Assembly (NCBI GenBank): GCA_965644295.1
Contig: CBFFRP010000136.1
Coordinates: 124,001 to 188,000 of the forward strand
DNA: 64,000 nt
Direction: 5' to 3'
From: Paraphysomonas bandaiensis
Lineage: Eukaryota; Protista; Chrysophyceae
The notes under the pieces were generated by a model, which had not been told where the DNA came from, did not search any database, and saw only the letters and a list, made by a program, of their open reading frames with translations. The stretch's first letter is position 1. Every line of letters starts with the position of its first letter. Position numbers and translations under genes: made by a program. Shown piece after piece: positions 1 through 13,094 of this stretch.

Positions 1-78
1 GTGCTCGTGTCTCATTAAACAGAGCAGAGGGTAGTATAACATAACATGCCTTGAGGTTCATTACATCTTGTATTGACC

Positions 79-3000
79 ATGGCAGATATTGATATTACTT
101 CTCTGAGGAAACCCATCGATGTATGCGATGTGGGAAACTCTCGCATAGCTCTTCATTATGTGTTTGGAACAGACATATCTCGAAGAAATAATATCATCCT
201 CGTTGAAGATCATCGCATTGCATACGTCTCTGGTAATGCGGTTATATTTGAAGATATTGTCACTCATGAGAAGGAGTACTTGATGTCTATTGATGAAGGG
301 GGGGTGGGCTGTGTAGCTATTCACCCTTCAAGGTACACTCTCTCATATATATCACCCCATCCGTCTCATATATAGCAGAAAATACATTGCTGTTGGATGT
401 AAAGGGTTTCAGCCTAATATATACATATATGACTACCCCTCTCTTAATGTAAGTGTGTGCAGATGATGAGGATTTATTTCATGGCTTGTGTTCGTATAGA
501 TTGTGAAAGTCCTCCGTGGAGGTGCGGAGAGGGGCTACTCCTGCCTCACATTCAACAAAGAAGGAGAGATGCTTGCATCTGTTGCCAGTTCACCTGATTT
601 CATGCTCACGCTCTGGTCCTGGGAAGAGGAGAAAATAACGTTGCATGCCAAAGCTTTCGGTCAGGAGGTCTATACTGTGCGTTTTTCTGATTACGACAAC
701 AGACGATTAACGACCAGTGGAACCGGGCATATCAGATTCTGGAAAATGGCGTCTACATTTACTGGGAAAAAGTTACAAGGGTCAATTGGTAAATTTGGTA
801 AAGTCGAATTGAGTGATGTCTCTGCATTTGTAGAGCTTCCGGATGGAAAAGTTTGTAGTGGGACAGAGTCCGGTGCCCTGCTACTGTGGGAGGGTAACTT
901 TATCAAATGCCGATTTACCCAGCCCGGTGGTGCGTTGTGTCATGAGGGTGAGGTAACATCTGTAGAGTTAGATCGTGAGAACGGGTGCCTGATCACTGCT
1001 GGTGAGGATGGGTTCATTAGGTGGTGGGACTTTCATAAGATAGACTCGGCCGAAGTTGACTCCGACCACTCGATGGACTTCGCAATGCAACCCTTGAGTG
1101 AGTATAAGGTCCCTGAAAGTGGAGGTATCAGGTGTCTGGTCCACTCTGGTGATGTTAGTGGGGAGAAAATGCACTTTGTTCTCGACAACTCAGGGCGGAT
1201 GTCTGTTGTTAAGGTACCTGCAGAGGAACCATTTGGTGTTCCCACAGGTTCTCCTGTGCAACTTCTGTCCTCCGGGCATGGTAGCGCTATCACAGGCATG
1301 GACGTTTCACCCACCGGACACATTGCAGCAACTTGCGGAATTGATGGAAAGATAATTTTTTGGGATATTAAAGGGCGACAGCAATTGGGCGAACGCTCTT
1401 TTGAAGTACCTGTAGTTTCACTTTGTTGGGTGCCAACTAATGTGGAGCCCAGTGGACAGTCTGTTGCTATTGGGTTTGCAGATGGCGTTTTCAAAGTTTT
1501 GCGCATCAGTAGAGATCCATCGATGAAAGAATCCTTCAGAATGACCCAAATAATGGCAATGAAGCCACACAACAACGCCCTGACTCACATTAGTTTTTCG
1601 AACTCTTTACCACTTCTAGCAACAGGCGGTAAAGATGGCATCATATTTTTCTTCAGTTGTAAGCAGCGGTTTGTCGATGGACAGCTCTCCAACTGGACCC
1701 CACTGCGTTTTGTAACTCTTGCGAAAGTAGAGGAAGGTAGAGCTCCTACAACATGTACTTCAATGTCTTGGTCTGGATCATGTGTACTGATCGGGTGTAG
1801 CGATGGAGTGGCGAGAGAGGTCGACTCTGAGCTTGTAGTCGCCAGTGCGAATGAAGATGCAGAGACTTTTGAAGCCAAGTTTAAGTTGCGAGAAATTACT
1901 GTTAAGGCACGCACAATGGTGGCGTCAAATAGTGCCGCAGCAATTGACACGGAAGCCAATGAAAATGAAGAAAAAGCCGTTGCCGCTTCGGACGGAAAAT
2001 CTTCCCCAGAGTATAATTTTGTGCCAGCTAAAATTAACAAATGCGTGTACTCATTTGCCCATAACAATACCCGTCATGATAGATATTTTGCTTCTGTCTC
2101 TATCGGTCAATCTCATATGCTGCAGGAGTGTGTGTTTCGGAATGAGACACCACTTCGTGATTTGCATATTGGTTTGTACTCCCATGACGGTAAAGAATTC
2201 AGGAAGTATCCCGCCATTAATGTAATGGGGTATTCAAGCAGTCGCGACTTTATTCTAGTTGGGGCATCTGATGGTTCCGTAGTCGTGAAGCCGACCAATT
2301 TTGTGGAAACATTTGTAAGTACTATTGGACATAATAGCGCATGCGGTGGTGTTTCAGCAATTGCGCTCACCAGCGACAACGAGTACGTGGTTTCTGCTGG
2401 CTACGATGGGCTACTTGTTGTAAACAGATTGAACTGCGGTAAACTCATCGAAGCAGCTAAGCCGCTATCTCTGGATGTAGAAGCCGGTGTCTATGCTGGG
2501 CAAAAGAGTAAAGAAATATCACGAAAAATTCCCGAGCCTAAGTACATGCATAAACTATTACAGAGTGAAACTCCAGAGGGGTTTGACCCGGTATTTCCTG
2601 GTGGTTATGATGCCGAGTTGAATCTGGAAGAAAGTATAAAAGCCCTTCCCCCGGATGAGGAGGTAGATGACATTGAGCCTGGTGCCTACAGCATCGAAGA
2701 TGCCAAGCTGAAGAAAGAAGAGGATAACAAGAAGTCGGCTGCCGAGATTAAGAAGGATAAAATCAGACAGATTGTTGTAAAGTTGCGTAAGGAATTTGAT
2801 GAGTTACGTTATCATAATGAACAGCTCCCTGACGTTATCCGCCTTGAATCAGATGAGCTTCTTGTTGATGCAGCATACTTTAAGCTTCTTGAGAAAGAAG
2901 GCAAAGCGATGGTGGAAGAAGTTCATAAAGAGTGTGAATATGTTGCAGAAAAGGCCCTTGTTCTGCGGAATAAAATACACAAGAGATTAATGACTGATAT

Positions 3001-5902
3001 TATTGTCGAAGAAATGCCTTTATATGGTTTGCGACAAAAAAAGCCCCCAAAAGTTCTATCGTTAAGAACTGTGGGTCTTAATCCCGATAAAGAAAAAGCT
3101 CTTCGTGAAGTACACAAGTCAATTCGAAAAGAAGAAGAGGAAATTTCCAAAGCGCGAGTAGACGCTGCTATTGCCAGTGAATTGGATACATCTGAAGGGG
3201 GCGAATCAGCCAGTTTGCTGTTGCGCAATTTGCAATCCAAGGCTGATAGCGCCACTCATACGTTATCAAAGACTGCTGAGGGTGGAAAGGGCGGAACATT
3301 GCATGCGACTTCCGGTAGGCGGGAAATGCGCGCAAAACGTATTGAGGCATTGAAAAAACACGAGGCAGAAAAGCCAAAGGAACATGAAGATGACCCACGG
3401 GATATTTACGCAATTCAGCATGCAGAAAAGACGATAGGTTCTTTTAATTTGAAGTCTGCCGACAATTATGAAGTTCCGGAAGATCAAATAATTAACGCAG
3501 AAAAAAAGCGTCGCCAGATGATTATGCTGGAGGAGAGCATGATCGCACTGCGGCTCAGATTCAACGAAAGGTTTCTTAGTATGCGTAACTTAAAGAAGGA
3601 AATTGTTGAAGTGATAGACAGCAATAACAAACGTATTCGTGAAATTGATATGGAGTTGCATACCGATGTCAGCAGTGTGTGGGACCCTAAGCTACAGGTT
3701 GAAGAATTTGCTGATGATCGCGATGAACTGACAGAGAAAGAACTGGACAGCTTCATTGCTGCTAGGAAAAAGACAGAGTGGAAGAAAGTTGTTGCTCCAC
3801 CACCTCAAATATTTACTGGAAGTAAAACGGTTCTTGAAACAGACATATTGACCGGAGACCTCAATGTTTGTCCCCGAAGAGTAGAGAGCAATGACGAAGT
3901 TCTTTTATCGGATGAGCACATAGATGAGAACAATATGATTAATGGAAATCGTGATAAATCAGTTGAATCTAAGCCTTGTAAAAGGGATGGTGAAATTGAC
4001 GACTCAATTATATCGTTCCATATGTCCGACAAGCTTGGCACCAAGTTTATGTCTCTTGAACAGTGTATACCGTCCCTTATGCATGCTCGTCATCATTTGA
4101 ACCAGATACGCGCTTCGGACACGACGAAGCAAACCATATCTCCTGAAGAGAAGAGAATAGCCAATGAATACCGCCGAAGTTTGTTGTTTGAAAAGCAGTT
4201 TTTGATGAAGAAGAATGAAGATCATATTGCCGCCTTTGATTCCAATTTAGAGGACCTTCGTCTTGAGCGTCATGCCTTAGCCGGCGATTTGAAATTGGCG
4301 GAACTAAAGTTGCTCACTCTTTACCAAGAGTATCAGCTGTTATTAACTTTTGAAGAACGCGACTCTGCCTTGAGACAGAAAGAAGAAAGGTGTAAGCGAG
4401 AGAAGCAGGACATTCAGTCGAACTCTGGTGATATACAGTCAAAACTGGACAGTAAACTAGACGATCAAAGCGTATGGAACGAAAAAATGTCAAATTTGAC
4501 TGGAGAGTTTAAGTCCCTTGTTCCTGAGAGTAATCCTTACTGTGAAATATTGACGAAGATATTCAAGAAAAAAATCAAGCGCTCCAAGGGCGGCGACGAC
4601 ATGGATGATGAAGATGATGAAGAAGAAGAGGACGATGATGATGACGACGATTATGATGACGATGAGATAGAAGACGTTTGTCCTCCTGGGTGCGATGTGA
4701 CCTTGTATGATCATGTGTTAGAGTTTCGCGAAAAGAGACTTGATATCGAAGAGGTTCTGACAGAGATACAGAAAGTTATTGACGATTTAAAGAAATCTAA
4801 GGATCGTCTAAAACAAAGAGAAAAGCAGATTGACAAAGACGCGAAGTCTACGGAGCTTGAAATTCAAAATTTTCAACGTCAGAAACAAGCTGCTCTCAAT
4901 AAAATTGAAGTGTTTGTTCCTCTAAGAATTTCTCAGTTACATACTTTCACGACATCTGGTGTAATATCAGGCCCCGATGACGACGAGGCAGCCCTTGCAC
5001 AGCTTCGTAGCGATCCTGACTTTATTAGCGATGAATCTACACTTCGAGATCCTAATAAACGTCAGATGGTACAGGATATGGATCTCACTTCGCACACAGT
5101 GTTCAAAAATTCGTAAGTAATATATGCTTGCCAGTATTGTATGTAATGTATGTATTCAGGGCTCTGCAACGACTGAGTGCACGTATCGGAGAACTGAGGG
5201 AAGAAATTGTCGAGGCAAAAGTTAATTTCAAAGCGCTTCATAAAGAAAAAGTACGTCTCGAAAAGGAGCGGGGTGCTCAACGAAAGAAGATTGAGAGTTG
5301 GACGGACAAGTGCAATGAATTGCAGATGCTCAAGTTCGGGAGGTTAATTGACTTAGACGTATTAGAACAGGGGTCGGATCGCACGAAAGAAGAGGAAGCT
5401 GAAGATGCTATTGCTCAGATGGAACGTGCACACCAAAAAGAGATGGCCAAACTTGCTGCTGAACTTGAAGAGCTCAAACAGAAATTTGCAGAGGTAAATT
5501 GGGTCAATTTATAATCAACATATTGTAATATTTTCTTCGTAGACTACAGCAGTAAATACGGCTCATTTGGAAAATATGGGCGAGCTAGCAGGGAGGAAAC
5601 TTGAAATAGCACGTGAAATGAATGTCCCCGGTGAAGCTCTCGCACAAGATCCTCAGTTATCAGACTACAAGGATTCTATCGAACGTGATAAACTGGCAAC
5701 TTTTGTCAAACTACAATATAGGGAGATTGAATCCTTAAAGAGCGAAATAACAATGCTGCGTCGTAAAGAGACAGCACAGTTCGCTGCATTTCTTCCACAA
5801 GCCCCTCCTCCGCCTACATCCCCCCCTGCTTCCACCCGAAGTAAGAATTTAACACTCCCACCTATTCCTAATGTGGACAGGCGAGGTGGATCACCGCCAT
5901 AA
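79..5902 (+). CDS. CFAP44: Cilia- and flagella-associated protein 44 (WDR52), multi-exon; true start may lie upstream of the window (possible intron 31-85)
   Basis: WD40 repeats (e.g. LITAGEDGFIRWWD, AATCGIDGKIIFWD), then long coiled coils and an acidic run followed by CPPGCD..LY..VL..REKRLD typical of CFAP44. GT-AG introns at about 332-377, 449-500, 5113-5159 and 5494-5542 join the ORFs. Confidence 0.9.
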
Positions 5903-6873
5903 TGAATGATGATGTCTATGTTACTACCTACCTGAACTTATTGAACAGTTTGCATTCATAGTTGATCGATGTGTACTTCTGTTGTCAACTTTCTAATTAA
6001 TGTCAAGTTAGTAATCTTATATTCCGTAAGTGATATACAATGTCGTTCAAGTTGAGCTCTCTGTCGATTCAATATACACTATTTTGACCGTTATATTAAG
6101 AAATGGAGTTGTGATAATAGGAATAATAGCAGTGAAACTGAAATATAATGACTGTATAAGACCATGTTTCTCTATTGTCTAAGATCTGATAATATTGATT
6201 GGTAGTGGAGATAACATGAATATGATAAATGACAATGAATGATAACTGTGATTAATTTATAATTCAAACATTGAGTGTATAATATGTTCAGTTAATTGTT
6301 AAGCGTGTCTTTACAATCTAATTATTTCAAAATTTCGTCGTGGTTTCTTCAGTTGCGTAAATTTAGTGAAGAGTGCCCTCAACAAAGTCTGGGGGTAAGT
6401 ACCGGTGAGATTTCTTCGGGAAACTAATGTGAGCCGGAAACAACGAACAACATAGACAGCAGATAACGTTCTGCCCACTCATAGCCGAGTGACTATGTGG
6501 TGTGTGGTCAAGAGATACTAACTACTAGAAGTGTCACTTGTGTAGAGAGTAGAAGTCAATGGGCCCACTTCAAGGGTAACCGGAATATTGGGCTGCCTGC
6601 TAAAGTCAAGTATCCGGGATGAATAATAGTAAAACAATGTTGTGATTATTAGAGTGTAAAGTAATGAACACAGTAGAGTTAGAATTATGAATAGTTAGAA
6701 ACATAACTATCACATGCACAACAACGGAATAGTTAGAAGTGTAACTGATAATGACAATCGTTATGATGACGATCATGTATCTTCAACAGATACTCTCTCT
6801 AATTCAGTTGATATATTTCGTTGAACATTATAACTCACAGATACTGTCTTGTATTAAGCTGTCCTAATAGGTT

Positions 6874-7105
6874 GTTCACCTTAAGGACTCAGGTATATCA
6901 ATATTCTTGCTCATTGCGTTTGCTTTGAGTGATACAGAGCAAAAGTGGTTGCACCTTGGTGCTTGTGGTGACGCACAAGCAGCTAGCTTTTCAACAGTTA
7001 AATAGTAGGATATCAGAATTAAGCACTAGTTACTTAAATTGCTATTTCAAATTAGTTCTTGCTCTTAAACGCCTATTGCTAATAAGAAATCATTCACTGC
7101 TAGTA
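6874..7105 (+). repeat. Dispersed repeat family copy A (longest copy)
   Basis: Alignable by eye to 17798-17958 (+), 18491-18551 (-), 43801-43979 (-) and 51299-51411 (-). Shared blocks include AAAGTGGTTGCACCTTGG, GACGCACAAG, AGTAGGA and CATTCACT. Confidence 0.8.
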
Positions 7106-7449
7106 AATAGTGTTAGAATTGACGTCTGTTCAGAAGCTAAAAATAGATTTAAAAGTAGGTAGAAAACCTACAAACTATTTATACAGCATTGTCTTTTCGG
7201 GGAAAGGTCGAGATATAGAAAAAATTGATATATTTTTTCTTAACGGGGGCCTTGAATATGTATCCTGCATTCCTTTCAAGTGACATTTCAAAAACAGTGG
7301 TAAAAAGTAAAAATGTACGTGCAATGAAAACCAAGAAAACTCATATATAGGTTTAGACAAAATTACTTTTGTTAATTAAGCGGAAAAAGTTCCAAGTAGA
7401 ACTCAGTGAGTGCTACACTTGCATAGTGACGGTTTCATATTCAACGTTT

Positions 7450-9960
7450 TCACTTAGCTTCGTCCACACCTATCTCAGCCAGCATGTATCCCTCTGATAC
7501 AGAAGCCCCTTCCTCACAGAACAGTGTCACAGTCCTGCACACACCACAGTCAGATAATAGAATCAAATTCTAAGATACTAACCCATCGCAAGGAGCAGTA
7601 ATAACATGCTCCATCTTCATAGCCTCAATCACTACTAGATTATCCCCGGCAGATACAGTTTGACCTTGTTTGACAGATACTTTGATAACTTTCCCTGGCA
7701 TAGGGGATTTAACGACGGGGTGGTCAGATGCATCCACACCGGAGAGATAAGATGTCGCAGGAATAGAAAATTGAGTGTGAGTAAGTTGATCACCTACTTG
7801 TCCGTCCATCCACACTACATATCAACGATCAGTAAAAATATAAACAAGCATATTTGCTGCAATGTACCATCAATAACGGTGCTAGCAGCAGTCAAACTGC
7901 CGGAGCGGTAGCAGCTCACAGTGCCAGAACGCCTGTGTCCATCAACTTCCACAGACAGTTCCCACACACTTTCCGAGGCAGATGGATGAGTAGACCCAGC
8001 ATCCACCTTCCGAATTGACTTTACAACAGCAGTCACAGGCGTGGATTCACCACTTGGAAGGGAAAAAGTGAATGAGTCGCCTTTCGAAGCAACACCAACA
8101 GATACAGAAGAGGAGTCAGGCCCCACTATGTTGATCGCATTCGTAACAGTTCCAAAAGATCGCCAATCGCCACACACAGCCGAATCCCATGGCTTGAATT
8201 GTGTTTTGCTCGGCTGGGCCGTGACAGGTGTTCTTGCGGCAAATATGTGAGCGATTAAACCAAACACAGAATGAATTGACACCCCGGAACCTGGTGCCGG
8301 AGAGAGTTTAGACATGATCTCACTCAAGTTTTCGTCAAAAAAAGCAGTGGTAGCCTGCTTCTCTGCAAACCCTGGGTGACGCACCGTATGTACCAGGAAG
8401 TCGATGTTATTAGACAACCCAGACACCTGCGTAATGTGTAAGGTCGTCTACACGCATTAAACTTCAATTACCTGAAAATCTCGAAGTGCTCGCTCCAGCT
8501 TACGAACGGCCTTGTCGCGAGTAGAATCGTGAACAATGAGTTTAGCAATCATTGGGTCATAGAATGTACTGATTGTGTCACCACTCCTGATTCCAGAATC
8601 AGCACGTACTCCCTCCTCGTTTTGGCCAACAGGAGTCTGAAGATGCACGACTTTGCCAGTCGCAGGGAGGAAATCTTTGCTGGGGTTCTCAGCATAGATA
8701 CGAGCCTCAATTGCGCACCCGCCTCCATTCTCCCTCTGTCGCATCTGCTCGTAAACACCTTCCTGAGTGAGTGGAAGAGGTTGTCCTGAGGCCACGCGCA
8801 GCTGCCACTCAACCAAATCTAGGCCGGTTATCATTTCCGTAACTGGGTGCTCCACCTACACAAAACTTTATAGAGAAAGAAAAAAGTAATACCCATTACC
8901 TGCAGGCGCGTGTTCATCTCACAGAAGTAAAAGTCATTTGAGACGGAATCAACCAAGAACTCCACAGTCCCTGCTCCAACATACCTATACGACAATATCT
9001 TCGCTTTAGTCAAGCAGACAACAGTAGCGGACATGTACCCGACAGCTTTGGCACATGCAACCGCGGCATCCCCCATCTCCTTCCTCTTTTGGTCCGTAAG
9101 ATTAGGGGCGGGGGCCTCTTCCAGCACCTACATAACAGTTAATTGGATAGCGACATGTACGCGCAGGACACTACTTTCTGATGTCGCCGTTGTACGGAGC
9201 AGTCCCGCTCTAAAAGATGAACAGCATTGCCAAAGCTATCTCCAAACACTTGCAGCTCAACGTGGCGGGGTGCACGAACAAGCTTCTCAATTAAAACATT
9301 TTCATCATTGAATGATTTGAGAGCTTCCCGCCTGCAGGACTCGAGGGCGGAAATAAACTGCGACTCCTCCCACACGGCGCGCATGCCCTTGCCACCACCG
9401 CCCGATACGGCCTTTATCATAAGCGGAAATCCTATTTTCTTAGCTTGGCTCAATAAATTATCGTTACTCTGATCGTCGCCATGGTAGCCTGGAGTCACAG
9501 GAACATTCGCTTTAATCATAATGTCTTTCGACTCGCTCTTCGAGCCCATTGCTCGGATAGCACCAGTCGGGGGACCGATGAATACAATACCACTATCCTC
9601 ACACATTTTGCAAAATGGCAAATTTTCCGATAAAAAGCCATATCCCGGATGAATAGCCTGCGCTCCAGTGGCCAAAGCGGCGTCTATGATACGCTTCCCA
9701 TTCAAATAAGACTCTGAGGCCGGGCTAGGGCCTATGTGAACAGCTTCATCCGCCATCTCCACATGAAGTGACTTGGCATCTGCATCTGAATAACATGCTA
9801 CAGTTTTAATCCCGAGATTTTTAGCAGTACGAATAACGCGACATGCGATCTCTCCTCTATTAGCAATAAGGATCTTATCGAATAGTTTCTTCTCTGCTGG
9901 TGACGAGAAAAGACGACGAAATGGTCTTGTAGCAGGAGAGGAATATAAATGCCTCAACAT
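7450..9960 (-). CDS. MCCC1: 3-methylcrotonyl-CoA carboxylase alpha subunit, mitochondrial (biotin carboxylase + biotinyl domain), multi-exon
   Basis: Transit-peptide-like N-terminus [20 protein letters not shown]. Motifs [60 protein letters not shown] and biotin site EAMKMEH. Last exon ends ...GVDEAK-TGA at 7450. Confidence 0.9.
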
Positions 9961-10054
9961 ATTGTAGATAGGCGAAACAGAATATGAATTCGTCGCGAGA
10001 ATGCACTCTGAGACTGCTGAATACCCTGAAACACCTGAAACCATATATTTCACA

Positions 10055-10472
10055 ATACACACATACACACATACACACATACATACATACACACATACAT
10101 ACATACACACATACATACATACATACATACATACATACATACATACATACATACATACATACATACATACATACATACATACATACATACATACATACAT
10201 ACATACATACATACATACATGCATACATACATACATACATACATACATACATACATACATACATACATACATACATACATACATACATACATACATACAT
10301 ACATACATACATACATACATACATACATACATACATACATACATACATACTGTACATACATACATACATACATACATACATACATACATACATACCTACG
10401 TACATACATACATACATACATACATACATACATACATACATACATACATACATACATACATACATACATACA
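10055..10472. repeat. (TACA)n tetranucleotide microsatellite, about 420 bp, in the MCCC1 / 4-TM divergent spacer
   Basis: Direct reading; few interruptions (TGCA, TACTGTA, CCTACG). Confidence 0.98.
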
Positions 10473-10578
10473 AGGACGGTGTGTGTTGCCTTTTCTTCGT
10501 CTTGACTTTAGATAAGATTCAGGTTGATATAAGCTCATATTATTATCAGTCATTTCTTGCAGTGTTTCGCACTGCAAA

Positions 10579-11280
10579 ATGGATAATCTTGTCTCTCCTC
10601 ATAATATGAAGGACAAAAGACACGTCCTGATACTTGGCATCGCGGTACATGCAGTAAGTTAATAAACTATGACTTACTGGGTCTGATTGGGCTGTAGGTT
10701 CTGGTTTTCGCTTTTGCCATCTCATCTTTTTGTGTTGCGTCTACTGCTAACGCGTGAGTTTCACTTTCTATTCAGTGTGATTTTGTAATAGAGTTTACTG
10801 TGCAGGGGGTTTAATGTTGTTTTAACAGCACTATTGAATATTGCCTTTGTATGTGGGTCGTACTACGTTGTAAAGAAGACAAAATCTCCATTAGCGGTAT
10901 GTTTGTGCTATATGTATTTCATGAGTGATATGATTGAATAGGTTGGATTCCTTATTGGTGTTGCAGCAATGATGGCAGTGTTGTCGTTGATGACGGCAAT
11001 ATACTGGGGACAGCTTAGCAACTGTGAAGTTGTATCAGAAGAAATTGACCAGTACTCGTGCAGTCAGAAGGCAGCATATGGCGCTGTCAGTGCCTTTGCG
11101 GCTATGCTTTTTATAGCCCAAAGTGTGTTTTTCGGCGCCGTAATTATTTGGCGAGGTGAACTAATAGATGATAACGAAGTGTACGACGACATTACCCGAG
11201 CTCACCCAGATACTCCTTATGACCCCACGCCTCCTAGTTCGTTCGAAGCTGGCATTCAGCCGTCGACTATTGATTTGTAG
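10579..11280 (+). CDS. Uncharacterised four-transmembrane protein (about 185 aa), 4 exons
   Basis: ATG at 10579; three small GT-AG introns (about 10645-10697, 10754-10805, 10897-10941) give MDNLVSPHNMKDKRHVLILGIAVLVFAFAISSFCVASTANAGFNVVLTALLNIAFVCGSYYVVKK..., four hydrophobic segments and an acidic tail. Confidence 0.8.
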
Positions 11281-12360
11281 GTATTCGTGCAACTCGGAAC
11301 GTATATAGATGCAGTTGTTGGGCACAGTAGATCTTGTCAATATTAATGTATTAAGAAATTGTACTTGATATTTTTTCAGGAAAATTGTACTATGATTCGT
11401 GCTTTTGTATTCGTTTATTCCTTGTTTGGTCAATATTAAGGATAGGTGCATAGGTGCTAAATGGATACTAAGGCAATGATGTATATGACATATACATATC
11501 CGAATATAACAATGAATGCATGCAGTATATGTGAGAATATTACAAGTGTAGGTTGTTCGTAACAGCAGTGTTGTAACAGAAGTATGATTGACTGAATAGT
11601 ATACAAAATTACCAATATTCGACAAGCCACAAATAAGGAATACCGGAATAATATATTTTTGTACACATTTTATAACACCAAGTAATGAGTCAAGATTGAA
11701 TTCATATTAAAATAATGAACGGAAAATTTATGTACACTTGTTCAGCTATGCATATTGTATTATATTGACGGTCCACCGCTCACTTTTGAGCTGCTGAGGC
11801 ACAAGGCACAAGAGCTAAATATGATTCCAATAGCTAATAGTCGTGTGCAAAGATTACAATAATATAAAGTGTATCCGTGCATTTGGAGCCAAATATCTAT
11901 ACTTTACATTATGTACAATGAGACATGTTGCGATGTAATTTCAAATAGCGCTTCTGCCCCATACTGACAGCGTAACTAATCACTGCGTGTGGCTGAGTGC
12001 TGTGACCGCGCACCTCTACCTATATACACATTGCATAGTTCAGGGCTTCCCCACCCTGGTTCTCACTGCATATTCAGCGCTGAATACCGTGTGATAATAA
12101 TGTAGCTAGTTGGGTTCAGTAGCAAATAACGTATGGGACTTATCAAGTATTAGTTAGGTACCCACCCGGCCCCCACCCGGATCTACCTAAGTACGCGCTC
12201 AGAATGGAGCAGCTTCTGATTGCCTCGTATTTTGATTTATTATATACCACAAAACAAATCTAGGCACTTGACACTTTAACTATTTGAGATAATATATGCA
12301 TCATATTAACATATCCATCATTGGAATTACACAACGTAAGTTATTGCAATAAAATATCAT

Positions 12361-12769
12361 TTATACAAATAAGCCTTGAAAAGATGCCCTCCTAGTATCA
12401 TTGAATTGCCTGAACGACGAATGTTATAAATATATTACAATTGTATACCGTGATTCACCTATTAATTCTGGCAGACGTGACCGCCCGATCTCGAAAACGT
12501 TGTTGCCTATTAACAGATGCTAGAGGACCTATCGATAATTTCTTGCCATTAGATTTGGAGGCAATTGCTGGTGATACTTTCATTGTGACAGACATGGTTT
12601 GGTGTCGACTCCGGTGTTTAATAACCTTTAATAAAAGCATTAATAAAGCATAAAATATTACAATATGATAAGTCTAACTCACCTTATGGTAAACCAAAAA
12701 TATCAGTACAGCCAACAAAAGGGCGGCCACTATTACAACAATTACTACTTGAACCACAGTAAGCACCAT
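12361..12769 (-). CDS. Three-exon 100-aa single-pass membrane microprotein (only exon 2 appears, as a fragment, in the ORF track)
   Basis: Exons 12769-12683, 12625-12459 and 12409-12361, with canonical introns GTGAGT..TAAAG (57 nt) and GTGAAT..TTCAG (49 nt). The frame is preserved to TAA, and the N-terminal ~25 aa are hydrophobic. Confidence 0.7.
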
Positions 12770-13094
12770 AATGAATGTATATTTCAATAAGCGATCTAAA
12801 AATATTGCTTCCAAAGCAATGTATCGACAATTGCATATAAATTGGAGCTAAACGAAACCCAAAAACCTGTTTCGAAATGCTAAATGTCACTACACTGTTT
12901 CAAACGGATGATAAGAGTCTAATTAGCATTTCCACTCATAGTTGAGTCAACAACGACAATAAGTTGCACAACCGAAGTATCAGTTTCAAGAATAGTTCTA
13001 CCACTAGTGTAATAGAGAGATTACAGCCAGTGAGTTGTTTATAAGCACAAGACATTAAAGCAGTCCATCAACGCAATTTCAATCACAGTTTCAC

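Noticed and set aside
6960-6981. Hairpin TGCTTGTG-GTGACG-CACAAGCA as a conserved ncRNA structure in the dispersed repeat
   Set aside because: Pairing is broken without compensation in copies B, C and D.
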